Source of the DNA: an uncultured Acidobacteriaceae bacterium
Lineage (GTDB): Bacteria; Acidobacteriota; Terriglobia; Terriglobales; Acidobacteriaceae
Assembly: GCA_963789415.1 (NCBI GenBank)
Contig: CAWBKQ010000005.1
Coordinates: 2,232,472 to 2,296,471 of the forward strand
Length of the DNA stretch: 64,000 nt
Direction of reading: 5' to 3'
In this document: one piece after another, positions 10,112-17,571 of the stretch
How positions within the stretch are numbered: the stretch's first letter is position 1
Layout: the number at the start of each line of letters is the position of its first letter
Program-made: the position numbers and the translations under genes
Notes under the pieces: generated by a model
Told to the model about the DNA's origin: nothing
What the model saw: the letters and a program-made list of their open reading frames with translations, nothing else
Database searches by the model: none

Positions 10112-10187
10112 CATTGTTGATTTTGGATTGTTGATTGACAATAAGCTGGTCGGGTTCACCGATCTCAACAATCCAAGATCAACAATG
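10112..10187. repeat. AT-rich 19-bp inverted repeat with internally repeated words, just upstream of tRNA-Gln
   Basis: CATTGTTGATTTTGGATTG (10112-10130) pairs with CAATCCAAGATCAACAATG (10169-10187) with one mismatch. The left arm repeats TTGTTGATT and TTGATTG. Confidence 0.6.
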
Positions 10188-10193
10188 GCTTAC

Positions 10194-10267
10194 TGGGCCG
10201 TCGACTAATGGTAGGTCAAGTGCCTTTGGAGCACTTTGTCTAGGTTCGAATCCTAGCGGCCCAGCCA
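10194..10267 (+). tRNA. tRNA-Gln (anticodon TTG)
   Basis: The cloverleaf was folded by hand. Acceptor TGGGCCG/CGGCCCA, anticodon loop CTTTGGA, T-loop TTCGAAT, encoded CCA. Confidence 0.9.
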
Positions 10268-10367
10268 AAACCAGCTTTTAGCCAGTTTGCCCTGGCTTTT
10301 GGCTCTGCGAAGCCAAGGGCAAGGGTTTGGATAAGGGCTGAAGGCTAATAGCTAAAGGCTGAAACTC

Positions 10368-11432
10368 ATGGCAACTTTACTCACGCCGGCGGAAAAGACA
10401 GAGAAGGTCGAGAAAAAGGCCGAGCTGGTGCCGGAAGAAAAGCCGGATCGCAAGCCGCGCGCGCGGACCGACGACAAGTTCAAGATTTTCAGCGGCACCG
10501 CGAACGAGCCTTTGGCTGACGAGGTTTGCACCTTCCTGGGGATGCCGCGCGGCCAGGCGCAAGTTACGCGCTTTGCCGATGGCGAAGCCTACGTGCAGAT
10601 TCAGGAGAATGTGCGCGGCGCAGATGTGTTCGTGTTGCAGCCCACGTGCCGTGCGGTGCATGCAGCCAGAAGCACCAGCGTCGACGAGAATTTGATTGAG
10701 TTGTTGTTGATTGTGGATGCTCTAAAACGCGCGTCCGCCCGGCGAATTACAGCGGTGATTCCTTATTTTGGTTATGCCCGGCAGGACCGTAAAGACAAGC
10801 CGCGCAGCCCGATTTCATCGAAACTGATGGCCGATCTGCTGACGACTGCCGGCATTCATCGCGCGCTGATTGTGGATCTGCATACACCGCAGTTGCAGGG
10901 CTTTTTCAATATTCCCGTCGATCACCTGTTCGCGTCGCCGGTACTGGTCGATCACTTCAAGAAGTTGAATCTGCCAAACCTGACGGTGGTTTCGCCAGAT
11001 GCAGGCGGCGTGGAGCGTGCAAGGTTCTTCGCCAAGAAAGTCGATGCGGCGCTGGCAATCGTCGACAAACGCCGCGTGGAGATGAACGTAGCCGAGGTCA
11101 TGCACGTGATCGGCGACGTGCACGAACGAACTTGTTTGATCATTGACGACTTGATCGACACCGCCGGCACGCTGGTGAAAACCGCGAATGCTCTGAAGGA
11201 GAATGGTGCGACCGAGGTTTACGCCTGTTCCTCCCACGCGGTGCTTTCATATCCCGCCGTGGAAAACATTGCAAAATCGGTTATTCGTGAAGTGGTGGTA
11301 ACAAATACTATCCCGCTGACCGAAGAAGCGAAACGCGAGCCCAAGATTCGAGTGCTCTCGATCGCGGGATTGATTGGCCGCGCCATTCAGGCCAATCACG
11401 AAGAAACTTCAGTGAGCAAGTTATTTATCTAG
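10368..11432 (+). CDS. prs: ribose-phosphate pyrophosphokinase
   Basis: KIFSGTANEPLA, the PRPP-binding loop and the DLHTPQLQGFF motif are present. It has a Lys/Glu-rich N-terminal extension of about 38 aa, with an alternative GTG start at 10428. About 8 extra aa (RAVHAARSTS) sit near the canonical TC..VN.NL region. Confidence 0.92.
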   Translation: MATLLTPAEKTEKVEKKAELVPEEKPDRKPRARTDDKFKIFSGTANEPLADEVCTFLGMPRGQAQVTRFADGEAYVQIQENVRGADVFVLQPTCRAVHAARSTSVDENLIELLLIVDALKRASARRITAVIPYFGYARQDRKDKPRSPISSKLMADLLTTAGIHRALIVDLHTPQLQGFFNIPVDHLFASPVLVDHFKKLNLPNLTVVSPDAGGVERARFFAKKVDAALAIVDKRRVEMNVAEVMHVIGDVHERTCLIIDDLIDTAGTLVKTANALKENGATEVYACSSHAVLSYPAVENIAKSVIREVVVTNTIPLTEEAKREPKIRVLSIAGLIGRAIQANHEETSVSKLFI

Positions 11433-11475
11433 ATTCTCGAAGCAGCTTATCGAGGCAAAGACAGGAATTGAGATT

Positions 11476-12204
11476 ATGGCGACTACACTTGAACAAAACA
11501 CTCTAGAAGCCCAACCGCGCGAGGCTGGGACCAAGAACCACGCCCGCCGGGTCCGCCGTGAAGGCAAGATTCCCGGCGTCGTTTACGGAGCTGGAAAAGA
11601 CGCCATGCCGGTAAGCGTGGATCCCAGGCACGTGCTGCGCATTCTGCGCTCCGACAGCGGTCACAATACCATTTTCGATCTCGCTCTGGATGGCGAGCGC
11701 ACCAAAGCCATGATCGTCGATTGGCAGTATGAGCCAATCAAAGGTAGCCTGCTGCATATCGACCTGAAACGTATCGCTATGGATAAAGCCCTGCGGGTCA
11801 GCGTGCCCATCACGCTGCAGGGCGTGCCAGTCGGCGTCAAGACCGAGGGCGGAATTCTCGAGCAGATGCTGCGCGAAGTCGAGATCGAGTGCCTGCCGGG
11901 AGACATTCCCAGCCACATCGATGTCGACGTCAGCGAACTTACATTTGGCAAGGTGCTGCGCGTCTCCGATCTTCCGCATAATGCGAAGCTGAAGTTTTTG
12001 ACGGAAGCAAACCAGCCGGTGGCTCACGTGACTTCGGTGAAAGAAGAAGTTGTGGCTACGCCTGAAGCGGTGGCTGCAGACGCGGCTGCAGTGCCTGCCG
12101 AGCCCGAAGTCATCAAGAAGGGCAAGGCTGAAACTGAGGAGGAAGGCGAGGGCGCTGCCGAGAAACCGGCGGAGAAGAAGGCTGAAAAGAAGGAAAAGAA
12201 GTAA
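11476..12204 (+). CDS. rplY: 50S ribosomal protein L25/general stress protein Ctc
   Basis: R.G.IP.V.YG core and two beta-barrel domains. Ala/Glu/Lys-rich C-terminal tail. Confidence 0.9.
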   Translation: MATTLEQNTLEAQPREAGTKNHARRVRREGKIPGVVYGAGKDAMPVSVDPRHVLRILRSDSGHNTIFDLALDGERTKAMIVDWQYEPIKGSLLHIDLKRIAMDKALRVSVPITLQGVPVGVKTEGGILEQMLREVEIECLPGDIPSHIDVDVSELTFGKVLRVSDLPHNAKLKFLTEANQPVAHVTSVKEEVVATPEAVAADAAAVPAEPEVIKKGKAETEEEGEGAAEKPAEKKAEKKEKK

Positions 12205-12210
12205 ATGCTC

Positions 12211-12238
12211 GTGTGGGGACGGGCGCCCTCGCCCGTCC
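12211..12238 (+). repeat. GC-rich hairpin repeat, family 1 copy A
   Basis: GTGTGGGGACGGGCGCCCTCGCCCGTCC. The stem is GGACGGGCG/CGCCCGTCC with loop CCCT. It starts 7 nt after the rplY stop. Confidence 0.7.
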
Positions 12239-12278
12239 GGCCGAGCAATGCTCGGCTCGTTTTGGGGGAAGGCAAGGC

Positions 12279-12863
12279 GTGAAACTGATCGTCGGTCTCG
12301 GTAATCCTGGCATCGAGTATCAGTTCACGCCGCATAATATAGGCTTTCTCGCGGTGGATCGAATTGCCGGCGAGAGAGGGATCGAAATTCGGAACCGGCG
12401 GTGCCGGGCGTTGACGGCGAGAACGCAGATTGGAAACGAGTCGGTGCTTCTGGCCAAGCCGGAAACTTTCATGAACCTGAGCGGGATCTCGGTTCGGGAG
12501 TTGCTGGCAGAGTACGAGGCAAAGCCGGAATCGGACTTGATCGTAATTCAGGACGAACTGGATTTCCCGCTGGGCACGCTGCGGATTCATACGCGGCGAA
12601 GTTCGGCGGGGCATAACGGCATCGAGTCGATCATCGATGCGCTGGGTACGCAGGATTTTTTGCGTATTCGGATCGGAGTGGCGCCCGATCATAAAGTCGA
12701 AGACGGGAAAAAATATCTGCTTTCACCAATGCGCAAAGGGCAACTGGCCGTGGTCGACGAGATGCTTGATACTGCGGCGGAAGCGGTGAAAGTGATTTTG
12801 ACGGAAGGTCCGGCGGCGGCAATGAACAGGTTTAACCGCAAGCCGGAAGAAGAGAAAGATTAG
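12279..12863 (+). CDS. pth: peptidyl-tRNA hydrolase
   Basis: GTG at 12279 preceded by GGGGGAAGG. N-terminal KLIVGLGNPG and a HNGI motif. The upstream part of the ORF-track ORF translates the repeat and is unlikely to be coding. Confidence 0.9.
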   Translation: MKLIVGLGNPGIEYQFTPHNIGFLAVDRIAGERGIEIRNRRCRALTARTQIGNESVLLAKPETFMNLSGISVRELLAEYEAKPESDLIVIQDELDFPLGTLRIHTRRSSAGHNGIESIIDALGTQDFLRIRIGVAPDHKVEDGKKYLLSPMRKGQLAVVDEMLDTAAEAVKVILTEGPAAAMNRFNRKPEEEKD

Positions 12864-12940
12864 CCACCGATTTACGCGGATTTTGACCGATCAAGATTTC
12901 TGATCCGGTTTATCCGTAGCGAGCCGTGAAGATCCGTGGC
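12863..12940 (+). repeat. about 78-nt intergenic element with inverted termini (family 3)
   Basis: Termini GCCACCGAT and ATCCGTGGC are inverted repeats. The internal blocks are shared with the reverse complement of 4431-4500. It overlaps the last base of the pth stop. Confidence 0.55.
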
Positions 12941-12951
12941 AGGAGATGGAA

Positions 12952-13365
12952 ATGAATCGTACTTATGAACTGATGTTTATTGTCCGGCCGGATATGGCGG
13001 ATGAAGATCTCGAAAAACTGATTTCAAACTTGGAATCGACCGTGACTTCGGCGTCCGGAACGTTGAAGAGCGTCGAGCGCATGGGCAAGCGGCGGCTGGC
13101 CTACATGGTCCGCAAGTTCCGCGAGGGTGTATATATTTTGCTGACCATCGAGGGCGCTGGCTCGGTTGTTCACGAACTCGAGCGCCGACTGCGTGTGACA
13201 GAGCCGGTGATCAAATTCCTCACCGTGCGCATCGACGAAGAACAGAAGCGCCTGGAGAAGATCAAGAAGCTGCGCGACGCGCGCAAGAAAATGAGCGCGC
13301 AACCTGCGGCCGCAGCCGAGGAAGCACCACTGACTCCAGCGGCGGAAACACCGGCAACCGCGTAA
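12952..13365 (+). CDS. rpsF: 30S ribosomal protein S6
   Basis: YELMFIVRPD start. AGGAG lies 6 nt upstream of the ATG at 12952 (alternative ATG at 12946). Ala-rich C-terminal tail. Confidence 0.9.
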   Translation: MNRTYELMFIVRPDMADEDLEKLISNLESTVTSASGTLKSVERMGKRRLAYMVRKFREGVYILLTIEGAGSVVHELERRLRVTEPVIKFLTVRIDEEQKRLEKIKKLRDARKKMSAQPAAAAEEAPLTPAAETPATA

Positions 13366-13438
13366 GAGCATTGCCGGGTTCCGGTATCTAGTTATCCATT
13401 CCGGAATCTGCGGCGTAATATGACGTAGTTTTTCACTA

Positions 13439-13467
13439 GCCACTGGCAACTGGGCCACTGGCAACTG
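13439..13467 (+). repeat. tandem 14-mer GCCACTGGCAACTG x2 in the rpsF-rpsR spacer
   Basis: Copies at 13439-13452 and 13454-13467 are identical and separated by a single G. They end about 15 nt upstream of the rpsR start. Confidence 0.8.
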
Positions 13468-13482
13468 ATTTTAAGGAGCGTT

Positions 13483-13851
13483 ATGGCTGAAGAAACTAAA
13501 GCACCATCGCCGGTCGCTGACCGGCCCACGCGGCCAGATGGCCCGCGATCTGGAGGAGATCGTCCCCGGTTCGGGGGCGGCGGAGGCCGTTCAGGCCCCG
13601 GCGGCCCACCGCGAGAGGGCGGAGCACGCAAATTTTTCCGGCGCAAGAAAGTCTGCAAGTTCTGCACCGAGAAGATTGCCGACATCAACTACAAAGACTA
13701 CCGTCTGCTCGGCCAGTTTGTAGCCGAGAGCGGTAAAATCGTGCCCAGGCGCCTGACCGGCGTTTGCTCGCCGCACCAGCATCGCCTTGCCTCGGCGATC
13801 AAGCAGGCGCGCAATATCGCCCTGCTGCCGTTCGCAGGAAGAGCCTCGTAG
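13483..13851 (+). CDS. rpsR: 30S ribosomal protein S18 with an Arg/Gly/Pro-rich N-terminal extension
   Basis: AAGGAG RBS. Conserved core CKFC...INYKD...L..F....GKI.PRR.TG. The first ~45 aa are RGG-like low complexity. Confidence 0.9.
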   Translation: MAEETKAPSPVADRPTRPDGPRSGGDRPRFGGGGGRSGPGGPPREGGARKFFRRKKVCKFCTEKIADINYKDYRLLGQFVAESGKIVPRRLTGVCSPHQHRLASAIKQARNIALLPFAGRAS

Positions 13852-13940
13852 AAAATCAGCCTCCAGCTCCAAGCCTCTGGCTCTTAGCAATACGGATCGG
13901 AGCAGACGAGAAGCTGGCAGCTAAGACCTTAGGAGTTATC

Positions 13941-14396
13941 ATGGAAGTCATTCTCAAAGAAGACGTGAACAAGTTGGGATCGCGCGGCGACGTGGTGAAG
14001 GTCGCGGAAGGTTACGGACGCAATTATCTTTTGCCGCGGAAGCTGGCGATCGTCGCCAACGAGGGCAATAAAGCCGTCATTGTGCAGATGAAAGCTGCCT
14101 CTGTGCGCCGCTCGGCTAAAGAGAAGTCGCAGGCCGAAGAGCTGGCCAAGCAGTTTGAGGGATTGTCAGTTTCGTTCCAGCGGCGCTCCGGCGAGAACGA
14201 TCAGTTGTTCGGATCGGTCACCTCAGGCGACATTGCCGATGCTGTCGGGAAAAAAGGAATCAACCTCGATCGCCGCCAGATTCAGTTGCACGATCCGCTG
14301 AAGACGCTGGGCGAATTCGCGGTGCCGGTAAAGCTGCACAAGGACGTGACCGCGCATTTGAAAGTGGTGATTGAGAAGGAAGTGGTCGCGGAATAG
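13941..14396 (+). CDS. rplI: 50S ribosomal protein L9
   Basis: ATG at 13941 follows AGGAG at 13931-13935. MEVILKEDVNKLG...GYGRNYLLP is the canonical L9 N-terminus. The upstream extension of the ORF-track ORF is not supported. Confidence 0.92.
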   Translation: MEVILKEDVNKLGSRGDVVKVAEGYGRNYLLPRKLAIVANEGNKAVIVQMKAASVRRSAKEKSQAEELAKQFEGLSVSFQRRSGENDQLFGSVTSGDIADAVGKKGINLDRRQIQLHDPLKTLGEFAVPVKLHKDVTAHLKVVIEKEVVAE

Positions 14397-14462
14397 ATAA
14401 TGATAACGAGCGCGGCTAGGTGAGTACCGGGTCTCCTAGCCACGCGTCAGATAAGGTTCAGG

Positions 14463-15359
14463 CTACCTTCTTGCGGATGCTTCTTGGACCTCTGTTTTCA
14501 GCGCATCGATTTCCGCTTGCTGCGTCTTGACCGCTTCGATCAGCAAAGCTGAAAGGCGTGAATAGTCAACTCCTTGGATTTCTCTGGTCTTGGGGTCCTT
14601 CGCAACGATCTCGGGAACCACTCGATCCACGTCCTCTGCGATCACGCCAATCTCGTGCTGGCCGTCCCCTTTTCGATCGTAGGAAACACCTTGAAGTTGC
14701 TCGACCTTCTCGAGCGCACCCAGTAAAGGACGCACGTTGGTCTTAAAGCGGCGGGAGCTGTATGTACTCCAGCCGTCCGCGAGCGCGGCTCCTCCTCCTT
14801 CAACAAGCGTTAAGAGGCTCGATGGGGTATTCGTCCCAATCCCCACCTGCCCTCCTTGGAGTAGGGTCATTACGATCGAGTTTGCCGTGTTGTAAAAGTC
14901 CAACTCGTCGGTGCTGCCGTCAGGGACCGCAACTGCCCAGTCTGTAACTCCAGCCGTTTGTAAATACACTATTGCCGGAGCTCCACCGTCGGCCCTACTT
15001 AGGGAAAGTTGGGCTGCGCCTGCGGGCGTGTTCGCAATCACGGAAATGGTCGGATTACCATTGGCAGCACTACTTTCCAGAGTGAGGTTGGTATCCGCCT
15101 GCCCAACGAGGTGCAGATTGTGGGCTGGGGCAGTCGTCCCAATTCCGATATACCCTGTTGTACTTCCGCTAGTGCTTTGGAAGATGTTGGAACTGCCCAG
15201 CTGGGTGCTGTTCTTCCACAACGGAACGTGATCCTTGACGCCGCTCCCCGTCACGGGCAAAACCGTCTCTCCTGCCCAATCGGAGGAATCGACCGATTGA
15301 GAAAATACCCACGGGCACGAACAGCAAAGCAGCAATATCCCCAGTGTCAGGTTCTTCAT
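14463..15359 (-). CDS. secreted tail-fibre-like protein with a C-terminal peptidase S74 / intramolecular chaperone domain
   Basis: Signal peptide MKNLTLGILLLCCSCPWVFSQ. Repeated IGIGT motifs. The C-terminal SSRRFKTNV...LQGVSYDRK...GVIAEDV..VVPEIV...VDYSRLSALLIEAVKTQQAEIDALK matches the endosialidase-chaperone pattern, including Ser-x4-Lys. Confidence 0.75.
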   Translation of the reverse strand: MKNLTLGILLLCCSCPWVFSQSVDSSDWAGETVLPVTGSGVKDHVPLWKNSTQLGSSNIFQSTSGSTTGYIGIGTTAPAHNLHLVGQADTNLTLESSAANGNPTISVIANTPAGAAQLSLSRADGGAPAIVYLQTAGVTDWAVAVPDGSTDELDFYNTANSIVMTLLQGGQVGIGTNTPSSLLTLVEGGGAALADGWSTYSSRRFKTNVRPLLGALEKVEQLQGVSYDRKGDGQHEIGVIAEDVDRVVPEIVAKDPKTREIQGVDYSRLSALLIEAVKTQQAEIDALKTEVQEASARR

Positions 15360-15810
15360 ACAGTCTCCTTCGCGGGCGTAATCGCGCCCGACTTATTTGA
15401 TTTGAGATTTAACCCAGGGAAACCAGAGGAATGGCCCGAACGCCGATCTTCAGGAGAAGTTAAATTCACAGGATCGGCGAGCGATTTAATGCTGCGCCCA
15501 CCGAGTATTTCCGGTCAATGGCACTTCGGACTCACCATTAGGCACCAGAGGTCTAAGCCGGTCGATGTAGCCTCGCGGGTCACGGTCTGTTACCACAGCC
15601 TCGTGTCCTGTTTCCCCCTAAATCCCTGCTCCAGAATCACCTAGCCCCAAAATCTCCTATAATTCGTGCTTACGATTCCGCTGATTCCTCGTCTATTCCA
15701 ATGCAAGCCCGGGTACGGCATTGACACCGGGCAAACAGGAAAAGACAAAACATGCCGGCCGATGTACTTGCTGTAACACTTGCGGTTGGTAAACGGGCGC
15801 ACTCGAAAAC

Positions 15811-15836
15811 GAACTTCGAGCGAGTGGAGAAAGTCA
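15811..15836 (+). promoter_or_regulatory. possible ECF-type promoter (GAACTT-N16-GTCA)
   Basis: GAACTT at 15811-15816 and GTCA at 15833-15836, about 45 nt upstream of the ATG at 15881. It only loosely matches GGAAC-N16-17-CGT/TC consensus forms. Confidence 0.2.
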
Positions 15837-15880
15837 GCGGTTCAACTCTGGTGGAGAACCAGAATTCCACGCGGGTCCGC

Positions 15881-16474
15881 ATGGCTGGTCAAGAACGCCG
15901 CATAGACGATACGATGCTGATCCGCGATGCGCAGCGGGGCAACGCCGCCGCCTTCGAGGAGCTCGTGCGCCACTACGATCAGGCGGTCTTGCGGCTGGCG
16001 CTGCACCTCACCGGAACCGAGCACGACGCGCAAGATGTTTACCAGGACGCCTTCCTCAAGGCTTACAAGAACATCGGAAGCTTTCGCTTCGAGTGCTCGT
16101 TTTATACCTGGATTTACCGCATCGTTACTAATTTGTGCCTCGATCACCTGCGCAAGAAAACGGTGCGCAAGGAAGAAGCGCCGGTGGCGAAAGGCGGCAA
16201 CGGCGAAGAGTACGATCTGCTCGATCAGGTCCCGGATGGGCGCGCGGGAGCAAATCCGGAGCGGGATTTGATGCGCCGGCAGCTGGGCGCGCGGATTTCC
16301 GGAGCACTCGAAAAGCTGACTCCACGCGAGCGCATGGTGTTTGAGTTGAAGCATTACCACGGATTGAAGTTGAGAACCGTAGGCGAGATTTTGCATACGA
16401 CGGAAGAAACCGCCAAGAATACGTTGTTTCGGGCTACGCAAAAATTGCGCGGACAGTTGGCGGATATGAGATAG
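15881..16474 (+). CDS. ECF-family RNA polymerase sigma factor
   Basis: Region 2 (AFEELVRHYDQAVLRLALHLTG...DVYQDAFLKAY) and region 4 (LTPRERMVFELKHYHGLKLRTVGEIL) are both present. The start is ATG 15881 or 15914. The ORF-track start at 15752 adds non-sigma sequence. Confidence 0.88.
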   Translation: MAGQERRIDDTMLIRDAQRGNAAAFEELVRHYDQAVLRLALHLTGTEHDAQDVYQDAFLKAYKNIGSFRFECSFYTWIYRIVTNLCLDHLRKKTVRKEEAPVAKGGNGEEYDLLDQVPDGRAGANPERDLMRRQLGARISGALEKLTPRERMVFELKHYHGLKLRTVGEILHTTEETAKNTLFRATQKLRGQLADMR

Positions 16475-16491
16475 GGAAGGTTTTAAAGTCT

Positions 16492-16537
16492 CAAGTTTCA
16501 AGGTTTCGAAAACTTTGAAACTTGGGAAACCTTGAAA
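16492..16537. repeat. nested, mutually exclusive hairpins built from GAAAC/GTTTC words between the sigma and anti-sigma genes
   Basis: TTTCAAGGTTTC (16496-16507) pairs with GAAACCTTGAAA (16526-16537). Alternatively CAAGTTTC (16492-16499) pairs with GAAACTTG (16517-16524). Confidence 0.6.
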
Positions 16538-16548
16538 ATGAGGTTGCT

Positions 16549-17493
16549 ATGAAGTGCGAATGGGTAAGAGAAAACATCACGCTGCAGGTTTATGGCGAAC
16601 TGCCTGATGACGCTCGCCACGAACTCGAACAGCACGTTGCGCGCTGCGCCGATTGCGCGGCCGAACTGAAAGCCGAGCAGGAGTTCCACGCCCTGCTGTC
16701 GCAAGAGAAGGCCTCCGAGCCTTCGCCAAATCTGGTCGCCGCTTCGCGTATGCGCCTGCAAGAGGCGCTGGAAACCGCCGTGCAGGGCAGGTTCTGGCAC
16801 CGGCTGGCCTTCGATCCAGCAACCTGGTTCCGTCAGGTGCGTTTCTCCCCCGCGCTGGCTTCGGTTATCTTAATCTTCGGCTTCGCCGCGGGCATTGGCA
16901 CGACTTATAAAATCTTTGCCCATCAGCCGCAAATTGCCGGCAATCCTGCATTCACTTCCGCAACTCCCGCTCCCGTCGAAGCCTCCATCACCGGCATCCG
17001 TTCCATCACGCAAGAGCCCGGCACAGACAAGATTGACATCAAGTACGACACAGTTTCTACGGCGGAAACTCAGGGATCGTTGAACGATCAGCGCATCCAG
17101 CAGCTGCTGCTGTTCGCTGCCCACAACAATTACAATTCCGGCGTGCGTATGGATTCGGTCGATCTCCTTACGCAGAAGCCGGATGTTTCACAGGTGCGCG
17201 ATGCTTTGATCTACGCGCTGCGCTACGATACCAATCCCGGCGTGCGCCTGAAAGCGCTCGATGGTCTGGGGAGCTTCGTGAAAGATGATGTTCACGTCCG
17301 CGATGCCGTGCTGGAAGCGCTGGTGGGCGATTCGAATCCCGGCGTCCGCACCGAGGCCTTGCGTCTGATCGAGCCCGTGAAGGCAGACGGCAGCGTGCGC
17401 GGCGTGCTGATGACGCTGGCCGCGAAAGACCAAAGCCAATACATTAAGTCGCAGGCGCGCACCATGCTGGCGCAGTTGCCCGAGATTGATTAG
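16549..17493 (+). CDS. zf-HC2 anti-sigma factor with one TM helix and C-terminal HEAT-like repeats
   Basis: H-x3-C-x2-C (HVARCADC). TM segment ALASVILIFGFAAGIG. Repeated NPGVR...AL motifs. It lies directly downstream of the ECF sigma gene. Confidence 0.75.
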   Translation: MKCEWVRENITLQVYGELPDDARHELEQHVARCADCAAELKAEQEFHALLSQEKASEPSPNLVAASRMRLQEALETAVQGRFWHRLAFDPATWFRQVRFSPALASVILIFGFAAGIGTTYKIFAHQPQIAGNPAFTSATPAPVEASITGIRSITQEPGTDKIDIKYDTVSTAETQGSLNDQRIQQLLLFAAHNNYNSGVRMDSVDLLTQKPDVSQVRDALIYALRYDTNPGVRLKALDGLGSFVKDDVHVRDAVLEALVGDSNPGVRTEALRLIEPVKADGSVRGVLMTLAAKDQSQYIKSQARTMLAQLPEID

Positions 17494-17571
17494 AGAACTT
17501 TTCGCTCGAATCGATGCCGCTGAGTTGGCCGCGGGCGAATCGAGCTCAGAACTAGAAAGTCATCTGGAAAG

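Noticed and set aside
10640-10690. An insertion of about 8 aa (RAVHAARSTS) in Prs near the conserved TC..VN.NL segment. I checked whether it reflects a frame error.
   Set aside because: The frame is continuous and the flanking motifs are intact. It is probably a genuine lineage-specific loop, and I have no basis for assigning it significance.
14463-15359. A possible prophage or tailocin locus, suggested by the tail-fibre-like gene.
   Set aside because: No integrase, terminase, capsid, sheath, tube or baseplate gene lies in the flanks, and there are no att-like repeats. The neighbouring genes are rplI and an ECF operon. The gene is kept only as an orphan (see findings).
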